Assembly: GCA_031409655.1 (NCBI GenBank)
Contig: JANNXQ010000205.1
Coordinates: 1-20,240, forward strand
DNA: 20,240 nucleotides
From: Chthoniobacteraceae bacterium
Lineage (GTDB): Bacteria > Verrucomicrobiota > Verrucomicrobiia > Chthoniobacterales > Chthoniobacteraceae
Reading direction: 5' to 3'
Shown: in pieces, positions 9,057 to 19,925 of the stretch
How positions within the stretch are numbered: the first letter of the stretch is position 1
Layout: every line of letters begins with the position of its first letter
Notes under the pieces: model-generated
Seen by the model: the letters and a program-made list of their open reading frames with translations, nothing else
Database searches by the model: none
What the model was told of the DNA's origin: nothing
Position numbers and translations under genes: made by a program

Positions 9057-10342
9057 GATACTTTTCGGTCCACCGCGACCTGCGGGGTAATCAAGCCAAG
9101 ATACGCTTTCTCAGTCGTCGCATTCCATGCCTCCGCGATCTCGAAGGACAGACAGTCTTCCGCCCATAGCCATTCGTCACCCGTATTCTCCGTAGACGCG
9201 CCGACGCTCAGTGAATAGATGCCCGGACGCAGGAAGTCGGGCGGTATCGTGAAGGTGGATAGAGAGCCGCTCTGCGGAATGGGCCGATACTCGCGAACGT
9301 CCGCCATGGTGCATAACCGGATACCAGCGGTGGACATGCCAATGTTGACACGCACCTTCCGCTGGAAATCACTGGTCGTAACATGCACCCTCAGCTCGAT
9401 TGACTCCCCGGGAAGAAGGGTGTGCGAGATTCCTGATTTGCTCCCGCAAACCTCCAGCCGCTCGACCCGGAGGGAACTAGCCAGGGGGCCTGTGGCGGCC
9501 ACCTCGGAAAGTGAACCTTGTCGCGCGACGGAGCTTTCGTATTTGGCGATGGCCTCATTGGTATCACCATAAAAAACAACAGATCCATTTTGAAGCACCA
9601 GGGTGCGCGGTGCGAGTTGCCGAATGACCCCCATGTTATGGCTGACAATCAGCATGGATCTTCCCTGCCGCACCAAGTGAAGCATCCGCGCAATGCAACG
9701 TTGCTGGAAGGCGGTATCTCCGACGGCAAGCACCTCGTCGATCACCAGGACTTCCGGTTCCAGATAAGCCGCGACGGCAAAGGCGAGGCGGACGTACATG
9801 CCGCTGGAATAGCGCTTCACCGGCGTGTCGATGAACCGTTCGATTTCGGCGAACGCGACAATCTCATCGAATTTCCGGCGAATCTCCGCCTTGCTCATCC
9901 CCAGGATCGCCCCATTCAGGAAGACATTCTCGCGGCCGGTGAGATCGGGATGAAACCCGGTTCCGACTTCGAGCAGGCTGGAAATTCTGCCGCGCAGGAT
10001 AATCTCGCCGGCTGTCTGTTGGGTGATCCGCGAGAGGAGTTTGAGCAGAGTGGACTTTCCCGCGCCATTTCGCCCGATGAGCCCTGTGACTTCGCCAGGT
10101 GGGATGGAAAACGAAACATCACGAAGAGCCCAAAACTCCCGCGGTGACTGGGAGCCAGAGAAGGCTGCGTCCGGTGTTCCGGGCGGCAACTTAGCGAAAT
10201 CCGCACGGTCTTCTGGCTTCCCCTTCCCGCCTTTTCGCATCCGCAGCCAGAGGCGCTCGACTTCTTCGCGAAGCGAACGGGCACCGATGGAGCCGAGCTG
10301 GTACACCTTGGAGAGGTTCCGGACCTCAATGATTGGCTTCAT
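9053..10342 (-). CDS. wzt: Polysaccharide ABC exporter ATP-binding subunit with C-terminal Wzt-C-type domain
   Basis: FWALRDVSF, Walker A GRNGAGKST, GTGFHPDLTGRENVFLNG, signature YSSGM, Walker B LVIDEVLAVGD and VSH, followed by a beta-rich C-terminal extension. Confidence 0.93.
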   Translation of the reverse strand: MKPIIEVRNLSKVYQLGSIGARSLREEVERLWLRMRKGGKGKPEDRADFAKLPPGTPDAAFSGSQSPREFWALRDVSFSIPPGEVTGLIGRNGAGKSTLLKLLSRITQQTAGEIILRGRISSLLEVGTGFHPDLTGRENVFLNGAILGMSKAEIRRKFDEIVAFAEIERFIDTPVKRYSSGMYVRLAFAVAAYLEPEVLVIDEVLAVGDTAFQQRCIARMLHLVRQGRSMLIVSHNMGVIRQLAPRTLVLQNGSVVFYGDTNEAIAKYESSVARQGSLSEVAATGPLASSLRVERLEVCGSKSGISHTLLPGESIELRVHVTTSDFQRKVRVNIGMSTAGIRLCTMADVREYRPIPQSGSLSTFTIPPDFLRPGIYSLSVGASTENTGDEWLWAEDCLSFEIAEAWNATTEKAYLGLITPQVAVDRKVS

Positions 10343-10390
10343 GTGGAACGCATGCGCGAGAGTGAGTTGGGGACGGTACCGGAGAAAGAA

Positions 10391-11242
10391 CTACACGGTG
10401 TCCACGAACGTTCTTTCCACTTTTCCGAAGAGGAGCAGCCCAACCACCAGAAACATCACCGTGATGCCAACGGAGCAAACCAGATATCGCAACTCCACGG
10501 TCCCGGTACCCAGAAGCAAGAGGCGGAACGACTCGACGATGGCGGTCATTGGGTTCAGGGCCACCACCCACTGCCACTCCGGGGGGAATTTCGAGAGTGG
10601 GTAAATAACCGGCGTTGCGTACATCCACACTTGAGTGAGCAGGCCGCTGATCTGGGCGAGATCGCGATACTTGGCGGTGAGCGCGGACATCAGGAGGCCA
10701 ACTCCCAGGCTCAGCAATGCCGTTTGCAGGACGAGCAATGGCAGGAAAACGACCCGCCAATCCAAACCGAAGGCATCGGATTTCAACACCAGTTTGAAGT
10801 AGAGGAAAAAGACCGCGAAACTCGCCGCCTGAATCAGGAGCGCGAACAGGTTCGACACCAGAGTTGAAAGCGGGACGACAAGGCGTGGAAAATAGACCTT
10901 GCTGAAGAGGCCCGCATTGGCAACCAGCGTGGCAGAGTTGGCGGCGAGATTCTGGGCAAAGTAGTTCCAGCCCAGTTGGCCACACAGGTAAAAGAGCACG
11001 GGCGGCAACCCGTCCGTAGAGAGGCGGGCGACTCGTCCAAAGATAATGGTGAAAACCAATGTCATCATCAGTGGCTGAATGACTATCCAGAGCGGTCCCA
11101 GGATGGTCTGTTTGAAGCGGGCCACGAAATCTCGCCAGACGAGCAACGAGAGCAGGTCGCGATAGTGCCAGATTTCCCGAAGTTCCAGGCGAAGCCAACT
11201 CGTGTCGGGGCGCAGGGTCAGTTCGTAGTCAGCGTCGGCCAT
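10391..11242 (-). CDS. wzm: Polysaccharide ABC exporter permease (ABC-2 type)
   Basis: YRDLL..LVWRD...RFKQTILGPLW..IQPL, KVYFPRL, KYRD, MYATPVIYP and LNPMT; about 6 TM helices. ATG at 11242; lies directly upstream of wzt. Confidence 0.92.
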   Translation of the reverse strand: MADADYELTLRPDTSWLRLELREIWHYRDLLSLLVWRDFVARFKQTILGPLWIVIQPLMMTLVFTIIFGRVARLSTDGLPPVLFYLCGQLGWNYFAQNLAANSATLVANAGLFSKVYFPRLVVPLSTLVSNLFALLIQAASFAVFFLYFKLVLKSDAFGLDWRVVFLPLLVLQTALLSLGVGLLMSALTAKYRDLAQISGLLTQVWMYATPVIYPLSKFPPEWQWVVALNPMTAIVESFRLLLLGTGTVELRYLVCSVGITVMFLVVGLLLFGKVERTFVDTV

Positions 11243-11422
11243 TGGCGGGAGTGCGATATTTCGGCATGGAGCACCGCCTAGAAAGCAGCAATAAACGCGC
11301 AAGGAAAGGCTGGAACTCTCTCCGAGCAATCGCACTCAAATCTTCGGGGGTGAGGCGGCTCCGTTCCGCGTCATCCTCAGCTCTGGCTGGAATTCCGCAC
11401 TCCCAGGAGCGCTCCCGAACGC

Positions 11423-12660
11423 TCACCTCGCATTCCCAAATGTCACTTCCCGCGCGAGTTTCTCGAGCCACTCGTGCCGGCCTTCGTCGGGGACGGTCAG
11501 CGAACAGTTCGTGGGCGCGTGTTTCGGGTAACCGTCGACCGCTTCCTGGCTGTCGATGATTTGCGCAGTGCCAGAAAGCGCACCGGCAACGATCCACCGA
11601 TCGATCGAGTCACAATCGGCCGGACGCGCCCCGGCGAATCCCGCCACGCGCCAGAGTGCCGCGGTGGTGCTCACCGGCTTGAGACCGATCGGCCAGACGG
11701 GCGGCTTTTCGAGCATCGGAAATGGCGTGCGCAACACGTCCAGCGGCTGCCCGAACCAATCGTAGCCTTCGTTGTATTTGAAGAACCCATCGGCGGTGCC
11801 TTCAAACATTGAGCGCGCGACTGCTTCGATTTTTTGCCGCAGAAAACGACGTTGCCGACGACGGAGAGGCGCGGCTTGCCCCAGCCTGCCGCATGCGCTT
11901 CCGCGTCAGGCCCATGGCCGTGGATCGCCCGCTCGCCGGGATTGGAGATCACGCCGGAGGTGCCGGGCTGGAAAACGGGATTGCGCTCCACCTGGCTGGC
12001 GTGGAGGCAACCGGTGATCGCGAGCTCCTGCGTGCCGCCAAAGACGAGCGTGCCTTTCGAGTGCGGGCCCTTCTTGTGCGTCGCGTCATTGAGCCCTTCG
12101 GCGACGAGGCAGTTGCGGAAGTGAATGTGCCGCGCCGGGGCGCCCGTCGGCGACTTATAGGTACTGGCCGAGAGATTTTCGTCCACGCTCCACGTCACCG
12201 AACATTGATCGACCCACACATCCACCGGCGCGCCGCTGGTCGTGATGCCATCCGGCTCCCAGCCACTCGTCTTCGCCTGCCCCGCATCGCCCGGCCGCAC
12301 CGCGAGATGCTGCACGACGGTGCGATCCGCCTCGATGCTCAGCCCGCCCTTGATGAGCGTAATACCCGGCGCCGGTGCGGTCTGCCTGGCGACGATCAGT
12401 TCGGGCTCGTGGCTTTCAATCCCCTTTTGCTGCAGGTCGATGACACCGCCCACCTCAAAGACGACGATGCGCGGACCCTTCACTCGAAGCGCCGCGCGCA
12501 ACGTTCCTTTGCCGTCGTTTTCCAGCGAAGTCACGCGCACTACTTGCGCGGCATCGAGGTTGAAGCCGGGATCGGGCACGACGGCCGATTGCCACTGCCA
12601 TTGGGCAAAGGCGGAACAGACGACGAGTGAAGCGACGAGGAAGTGGAGGAGCGGTTTCAC
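11423..12660 (-). pseudogene. Secreted pectate lyase-like (PL1-type) protein, frameshifted near 11815
   Basis: The 5' frame has VTSL..DGKGTLRAAL, PRIVVFEVGGVIDL, QTAPAPGITL, WSVDENLS and ERNP. The C-terminal part (GARPAD.D.ID, IIDSQEAV.GYP) is in a different frame (11809-11423). Signal peptide present. The start could be GTG 12660 or GTG 12684. Confidence 0.8.
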
Positions 12661-12692
12661 GGCAGTGGGAGAAAATTGAGCCACGCGCGCGG

Positions 12693-14975
12693 TCAGCGCT
12701 CCGGCCAGCGGAGGTGGCGATGCAGAAATTGAAAGGTGCCCACGCCGTTGATCGTGTGCGGGCCCTCAAACCACTCGATCTCGGCGCGGTCCTGAATGCC
12801 GAGCTTCGAGTAGCCCTTGAGCACCTTGCCCATTTCGTAGCCGACCCATTCGCTCGTGCCGACGCCGTCGTTGTGCCCGCGCTCGACCATGAAGGGGCGC
12901 GGCGCGATGAGCAGCGCCATCTCGGCGTAGTTGAAGGTGTGGCCGAGATCCCATTCGAAGATCTCGTATTCGTGGGTGAAGAGGTAGCTGCCGGAATATT
13001 CGACGGACGCGTTCTTCCGCACCCATTCGTTGAAGTCGCCCGAGCAGATCGAGAGGCAATAGCCCTCGACGACCGCCGGCGTGCGCATCGCCGTCTTACC
13101 GCCGTAGCTGAGTCCGTAGAATGCGATGCGCTCAGGATCGACAAGGGGCTGCGCGGCGAGCCAGCGCGTGATGACTTCGTGCTGCGCATTGAGGAAGGTA
13201 AAGAGCGACCAGCCGAGCGGCTGCGCCTTGCGCTGCAGGACGCGGAACTCGTCCTTGCCGCGATACGGATTGTGCGGCGCGAAGACGATAAACCCGCGGT
13301 CGGCGAGTCGCGCGGCGAAGGCTTTGTAGGGCGCGTAGGCTTTCGCGGTCTGGTCGTCGGTGATCGTGTCCATCGGCACGCCTTCGAGTCCATGCTGGCA
13401 GACGACGACCGGTCGGCGCTCGCCAGGTTTGAGATTCTTCGGCAGCAGCAGCACGCCCCACGCGAAGACATCGGGATGCACGTCGAGGATCACGTCGTAG
13501 GCCGTCCACTTTTCCTTCTCGAGCACCACGCGGCTACGTGCATTCGGCGGGAGAAAGTCCGTCGGCAGCTTGCCGATCACGTCTTCGTCGAAGCGGCGGC
13601 GCGCTTCCTTCTGCGCGGCATTCCATTCCTCGGGCTTGGTGAGCTTCGTCCAGAGATCGTGCGTATTGCGGACGAACTCGCACTTGCTCAGGACGTCCTG
13701 CGTGTGCGCTTCGAGTTCACGCACCGTGCGGGCCTGGCGTTCATCGCTCGCGGCTTCATCCCACGATGGATCGTGCAGCGGCTCTTGACCAGGCTGAAGA
13801 TTCAAAATGCCGAGCGGCCGGAGGAACTGGCTCAGTGCCTCGTCTTCTTTGGAAAGAGTGATCGCCGCGTGCAACTCTTGTGCGCGCCTGACCTCCGCCT
13901 GCACGTCGGCGAGTGGCAGCGTCTGGATCATCCCCGGCGCGGCGATCGAGCGCCGGCCTTGCTCGGCAGGCGGCGGACTTTTGAATTCCACCACCGCCGC
14001 GTTTTCCACGATGAGCGGACGCGGCGCGATGAGCGCAGCGAGTTCCGCGTTTCCGAAATCGCGCTGATAGCCGAAGAGATTGCGATCGAGCGGCTCAGTC
14101 CAAGGCTGCTCGTGCGGGCCGAAGTATCCGCTGACCAGCGTCACATCGATGCGCGGATCGAGCGCCGCCGCCTGCAGCGCGATGCGCCCGCCCTCACAGA
14201 AGCCCGCGACTCCACACGGCGTTGCATCCGACACTCCGAGCATGTCGAGACCGCGCAGGATCTTCTGCACCTCGTAGCCGATGAGGGTGCGCCCGACCTC
14301 GAAGGCCTGACGATAAATCCACTCGCGATGCGGAAGATTCGTCCAGCGGTTGAGCAGCGGCGTGCCGGACCAGATGGTGCGCCGATCGACCAGCACCGGC
14401 ACGAGCACGGTGCAGCCTTGCTCCGCGAGCCGGCGGGCGAATTGCGCACTCTCGGCGACGCCCGGCGTCATGCCTGCAAGTTGCTCCGGGGTCTGATCGG
14501 CATCCGGAATGGCGATGATCGTCGCCTTCGATTCCGCGAGCGGCTGCAGCAGCAAGCCCTCTCCCCACACTTTCTCGAAGATCGGCCAGCGGACCCGCAG
14601 CACACGATAGCCGGCCTCATGGCCTTCCACAGGCCGCGCGTCGAGCGGCGTCACGACCTCGATGCCCCCGCTCACCGTCGGGTCGCTCATCCCGAGCCGC
14701 TCGCGCAGAAGCTTTCGCATCGGCTCCGCATCCGCCGGTCCGCGCGCTTTCCACTTTGCCAGACGATCTGCCACTGCTTTCGCCGTCTCGCGATCAAGGT
14801 AGCGACCAATCCCCGCGACCATCTGCGCGGAAAGATCGCCCTCGACCGTGAGGGCAGCTGTGCTGGCGAGCGGCGGCGGCTCCGCATCTGCGAAGGAGAC
14901 GCTCGCCGCCAGGACCAGCGCACCGAGCACGCTGACGCGCACCGGCCGACTTCCGACGCATTTGGCGGCGCTCAT
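12693..14975 (-). CDS. Secreted tandem alpha/beta-hydrolase (dienelactone hydrolase / esterase-like), 760 aa
   Basis: Signal peptide followed by two hydrolase modules with nucleophile elbows GFCEGG and GLSYGG. Each module is followed by LIAPRP. Also HGLEG, HNDGV and the C-terminal GPHTING. Confidence 0.82.
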   Translation of the reverse strand: MSAAKCVGSRPVRVSVLGALVLAASVSFADAEPPPLASTAALTVEGDLSAQMVAGIGRYLDRETAKAVADRLAKWKARGPADAEPMRKLLRERLGMSDPTVSGGIEVVTPLDARPVEGHEAGYRVLRVRWPIFEKVWGEGLLLQPLAESKATIIAIPDADQTPEQLAGMTPGVAESAQFARRLAEQGCTVLVPVLVDRRTIWSGTPLLNRWTNLPHREWIYRQAFEVGRTLIGYEVQKILRGLDMLGVSDATPCGVAGFCEGGRIALQAAALDPRIDVTLVSGYFGPHEQPWTEPLDRNLFGYQRDFGNAELAALIAPRPLIVENAAVVEFKSPPPAEQGRRSIAAPGMIQTLPLADVQAEVRRAQELHAAITLSKEDEALSQFLRPLGILNLQPGQEPLHDPSWDEAASDERQARTVRELEAHTQDVLSKCEFVRNTHDLWTKLTKPEEWNAAQKEARRRFDEDVIGKLPTDFLPPNARSRVVLEKEKWTAYDVILDVHPDVFAWGVLLLPKNLKPGERRPVVVCQHGLEGVPMDTITDDQTAKAYAPYKAFAARLADRGFIVFAPHNPYRGKDEFRVLQRKAQPLGWSLFTFLNAQHEVITRWLAAQPLVDPERIAFYGLSYGGKTAMRTPAVVEGYCLSICSGDFNEWVRKNASVEYSGSYLFTHEYEIFEWDLGHTFNYAEMALLIAPRPFMVERGHNDGVGTSEWVGYEMGKVLKGYSKLGIQDRAEIEWFEGPHTINGVGTFQFLHRHLRWPER

Positions 14976-16238
14976 CTCGCCGTTCCGCTAGACCCCCAGC
15001 GACCAGCCTTTGCGATATTCGCGGTGGATGATCCGCGCGGCTTCCGGCGCGTTTTTCACCGCCATGTTTTTCGCGTCCCACTCGATCTTTTTGCCCACGC
15101 GATACGCGACGTTGCCGAGATGGTTCGCCTCGGTGAGCGCGCCGGCGTAGTCGAAGTTGCACGTCGTCGGACTGCCGTTTTTGCAGGCTTTGATCCACTC
15201 GGCGTGATGACCGATCGAGTCCGGGATGAAGGGCGCGGGGCGCGCAAAGTCTTTGAAGTCAGCCTCGGGCAGCAGCGTGTGTTTGCTGTAGTCGGAGAGC
15301 AACATGCCTTTGTCGCCAATGAAAAGGACGCCGTTCGCCCATTGCGGGATGCGGTTCTCGGTCCAGATCGCGGGTTTGTTCGCGCCCTGGTGCCATGTGA
15401 GTTTCACCGCGGGCATGTCGCCGCGCGCGGCGTAGTGGTAAGTGGCGGACATCGATGCGGGCGCGAGTTCCGGATGTGGTGGTGGCCCGCTGGCTTCGAT
15501 CGTGTGCGGCGCGTCGAGCTTCAGCGCCCAGAAGGGCAGATCGTTCCAGTGACTGCCAAGGTCGCTCATCGTGCCGCTGCCAAAGTCCCACCAGCGATAC
15601 CACTTCGGCCCCGGGAAATAGACTTCGTGAAAGGGGCGCTCCGGCGCCGGCCCGAGCCACAGATCCCAATTCACGCCGGCTGGAATCGGCGACGATCCGC
15701 TCGGCCGCTCGAGCGTAGAGACGATGTCCTTGTTCATCACCGCGTCCTCTTCGCTCTGCCGGCCCCAGGCGCGCGACACCCACACATGCGCCTCGCGCAC
15801 CGGTCCGATCGCGCCGGACTGCACGAGCTCGACCACACGCCGGTAGTTCGTCCCCGCATGAATCTGCGTGCCCATCTGCGTCGCCACCTTCGCCGACCGC
15901 GCCGCCTCGGTGATCATGCGCGCCTCCCCGATCGAGTGCGTGAGCGGCTTCTCGCAATAGACGTGCTTGCCCATCTGCAACGCCGGCATCGTGGCAAAGG
16001 CGTGCACATGCTCCGGCGTGCTCACGACCACCGCGTCGATGTCGCGCGCTTCGTCGTAGAGTCTGCGGAAGTCGATCTACTTCCGCGCGCCGGGGTGTTT
16101 GTCCCCCGCCTTCGCGAGGTTGTTCTCATTCACGTCGCATAGCGCGACGATGTTCTCGCTGCTGATTGACGCGAGATTCGATCCGCCGCGTCCCCCGCAA
16201 CCGATGATCGAGAGGTTCAGCTTTTCATTCGGCGACTT

Positions 16239-17476
<1,238 letters not shown>

Positions 17477-17549
17477 CTCTCTATTCCGTGGACGGAGCCT
17501 GCGGCTGACCCGCCGCAGTCTCATGCCTTGCAAAAACTTCTCTCTCTTT

Positions 17550-18794
17550 ATGGCCAAGCTCTCTCTTCGCGACGTCGATGTCGCCGGCAAACGGGTCTTT
17601 GTGCGCGTCGATTTCAATGTCCCGCAGGACAAGAAAACCGGCGAGATCACCAACACCGCGCGCATCGCCGCGGCGCTGCCGACCATTCAGTACATCCTGG
17701 AAAAGGGTGGCTCGCTCGTGCTCGCCAGTCATCTCGGCCGGCCGGACGGCCAGCGCTCCGAGAAGCTGTCGCTGAAGGCAGTCTCCGAAAAGCTCGCGGG
17801 ACTGCTCGGCAAGCCAGTGAAGTTCCTGAACGATTGCGTCGGCGCGGAAGTCGAAGCCGCGTGTGCCGCGCTGAAGCCCGGTGAAGTCGTGCTGCTGGAA
17901 AACTTGCGCTTCCACATCGAAGAAGAGGGCAAGGTGAAGCGCGAGGACGGCACCAAGGAAACCGCCGACCCCGCGAAGGTCGCCGCCTTCCGCGCGAGCC
18001 TCACGAAGCTCGGCGACGTCTATGTGAATGACGCCTTCGGCACCGCGCACCGCGCGCATTCGTCCGTCGTCGGTGTCGATCTTCCGATCAAGGCCGCCGG
18101 CTTCCTCATGCAGAAGGAACTCGAAGCCTTCGCCAAGGTCCTCGACAACCCCGCGCGTCCGCTGCTCGCCATCCTCGGCGGAGCGAAGATCGCGGACAAA
18201 ATCCCGCTGATTAACAACCTGCTCGATAAGGCCAACGAGATCATCATCGGCGGCGGCATGGCCTTCACCTTCAAGAAGGTGCTCGAAGGCATGGAAATCG
18301 GGAACAGCCTCTTCGACGCGAAGGGTGCGGAGATCGCCAAGGAACTCTTCGACAAGGCCGCCGCGAAGGGCGTGAAGATTCATCTGCCGGTGGACTTCGT
18401 CTGCGCCGACAAATTTGCGCCCGACGCCAACACCAAGCCGGCGACGGACAAGGAAGGCATCCCCGCTGGCTGGGAAGGCCTGGACTCCGGTCCCGCCAGC
18501 CGCGCGCTTTTCGCCGAAGTCATCGGTCGTGCGAAGACCATCGTCTGGAACGGCCCTCCCGGCGTGTTCGAGTTCGACGCCTTCGCCGGCAGCACCAAGG
18601 CCAGGGCCGAAGCCATCGCCGCGGCGACCGCGGGCGGCGCGATCAGCGTGGTCGGCGGTGGCGACACCGCGACGGCCGCGAAGAAATTTGGCGTCATCGA
18701 CCAGGTCACCCACGCCTCCACCGGCGGCGGCGCCTCGCTCGAATTGCTCGAAGGCAAAACCTTGCCCGGAGTCGCCGCACTCAACGAGAAGTAA
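17550..18794 (+). CDS. pgk: Phosphoglycerate kinase
   Basis: [54 protein letters not shown] and [17 protein letters not shown] at 17550. Confidence 0.98.
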   Translation: MAKLSLRDVDVAGKRVFVRVDFNVPQDKKTGEITNTARIAAALPTIQYILEKGGSLVLASHLGRPDGQRSEKLSLKAVSEKLAGLLGKPVKFLNDCVGAEVEAACAALKPGEVVLLENLRFHIEEEGKVKREDGTKETADPAKVAAFRASLTKLGDVYVNDAFGTAHRAHSSVVGVDLPIKAAGFLMQKELEAFAKVLDNPARPLLAILGGAKIADKIPLINNLLDKANEIIIGGGMAFTFKKVLEGMEIGNSLFDAKGAEIAKELFDKAAAKGVKIHLPVDFVCADKFAPDANTKPATDKEGIPAGWEGLDSGPASRALFAEVIGRAKTIVWNGPPGVFEFDAFAGSTKARAEAIAAATAGGAISVVGGGDTATAAKKFGVIDQVTHASTGGGASLELLEGKTLPGVAALNEK

Positions 18795-18807
18795 GCAGAA
18801 AGAATTT

Positions 18808-18903
18808 AGACAGGATTCACAAGATTGGCAGGATTCACCGGATTCCGTGTGAATGCCCGACCGGCGAAATCCTGTAATTCCAAAAATCCTGTCAATCCTG
18901 TCT
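18808..18903. repeat. Imperfect palindrome built from 9-mer units, between pgk and tpiA
   Basis: GACAGGATT-CACAAGATT-GGCAGGATT-CACCGGATT (18809-18844) faces AATCCTGTA-ATTCCAAA-AATCCTGTC-AATCCTGTC (18868-18902). Confidence 0.8.
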
Positions 18904-18919
18904 CAAATAGAAAAAAGCC

Positions 18920-19690
18920 ATGCGCAAAAAAATCATCGCCGCGAATTGGAAGATGAACATGACCGTCGGGGAGGCGAAGAGCTTCCTCGAAAGCTTCCTG
19001 GTCGAGATCGGCGATGAGAAGCGCGTCGATATCGTCATCGTCCCGCCCTTTACCGCCCTGCCTGCGGTCTCCGAAATCCTCAACCAGGAAGCCACCGTCC
19101 GCCTCGGCGCGCAGAATATGTCCGCGGAGAAAGGCGGTGCCTTCACCGGCGAAATCAGCGCCGCGATGATCCGCGAATTTTTCACCCGCTATGTCGTCCT
19201 CGGCCACAGCGAGCGCCGCACGCTCTTCGGCGAGACCGACGAGATCGTGAACCAGAAGGCCAAGGCCGCGCTCGCCGCCACCCTCATCCCCATCGTCTGC
19301 ATCGGCGAAACGCTCGTCGAACGCGACGCCGGTAGAGTCGAGCAGGTGCTCAAGACGCAGCTCACCGGCAGCCTCGCCGGCCTCACCGCCGAGGAACTCG
19401 CCGACACCGTCATCGCTTACGAACCCGTCTGGGCCATCGGCACCGGCCGCACCGCGACGCCCGAGCAGGCGCAGGAAGCCCATGCCTTCATCCGCAAGAC
19501 GCTCGCCTCAATGAGCGACACTGCGACGGCGGATAAGGTGCGCATCCAATACGGCGGCAGCGTCAAACCCGGCAACACCGCTGAACTCATGGCGCAGCCC
19601 GACATCGACGGCGCGCTCGTCGGCGGTGCCGCGCTCGACCCCCGCGGCTTCGCAGAGATCGTAAAGCTGAGCGCTGCGAGCGGAGCGTAG
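18920..19690 (+). CDS. tpiA: Triosephosphate isomerase
   Basis: AANWKMN, GAFTGEIS, LGHSERR, IAYEPVWAIGTG, QYGGSVKP and DGALVGGA. Confidence 0.98.
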   Translation: MRKKIIAANWKMNMTVGEAKSFLESFLVEIGDEKRVDIVIVPPFTALPAVSEILNQEATVRLGAQNMSAEKGGAFTGEISAAMIREFFTRYVVLGHSERRTLFGETDEIVNQKAKAALAATLIPIVCIGETLVERDAGRVEQVLKTQLTGSLAGLTAEELADTVIAYEPVWAIGTGRTATPEQAQEAHAFIRKTLASMSDTATADKVRIQYGGSVKPGNTAELMAQPDIDGALVGGAALDPRGFAEIVKLSAASGA

Positions 19691-19718
19691 AGCGAGTGTG
19701 GCGGCGGGCCGCTCGCCT

Positions 19719-19824
19719 TGGAGGGATGCGCTCCGTCGCGTCCCTGATCGAAGAGGTGGAGGCGGCGTGGAGCCCCCACCACCTCCGCCCGGAAGCGTGG
19801 GACATGACGGAGCATGTCCCTCCA
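19719..19824. repeat. Inverted REP doublet (GGAG-type; REPIN/BIME-like)
   Basis: TGGAGGGATGCGCTCCGTCGCGTCCC (19719-19744) and inverted GGGACATGACGGAGCATGTCCCTCCA (19799-19824). Each unit has its own 8-bp stem. The spacer has a GAGGTGG/CCACCTC stem. Confidence 0.8.
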
Positions 19825-19888
19825 CGCGCCCAGCCAGCGAGTGGGCTAGAGCGGTTTAAGAAATGCCGTGGCCGCCGGCCAAATGATT

Positions 19889-19910
19889 GTAGCGCGTTTC
19901 TGTGAAACGC
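19889..19910 (+). repeat. GTAG-type REP-like unit
   Basis: GTAG-C-GCGTTTC-TGT-GAAACGC: a GTAG tetranucleotide followed by a perfect 7-bp hairpin. Confidence 0.55.
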
Positions 19911-19925
19911 CATCCATGCCGTCTG

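Noticed and set aside
12627..16142. 1171-aa plus-strand ORF
   Set aside because: Antisense shadow of the hydrolase and Gfo #2 genes, which carry the real family motifs.
18599..18607. AGG (Arg) in pgk STKARAEA where a hydrophobic residue is expected
   Set aside because: A single possible ATG->AGG change cannot be distinguished from a sequencing error or tolerated variant without reads.
18808..18903. CRISPR array or iterons (also considered for 1735-1877)
   Set aside because: Units are 7-9 nt, abut each other without unique spacers and are arranged as inverted arms. There are no cas or rep genes.
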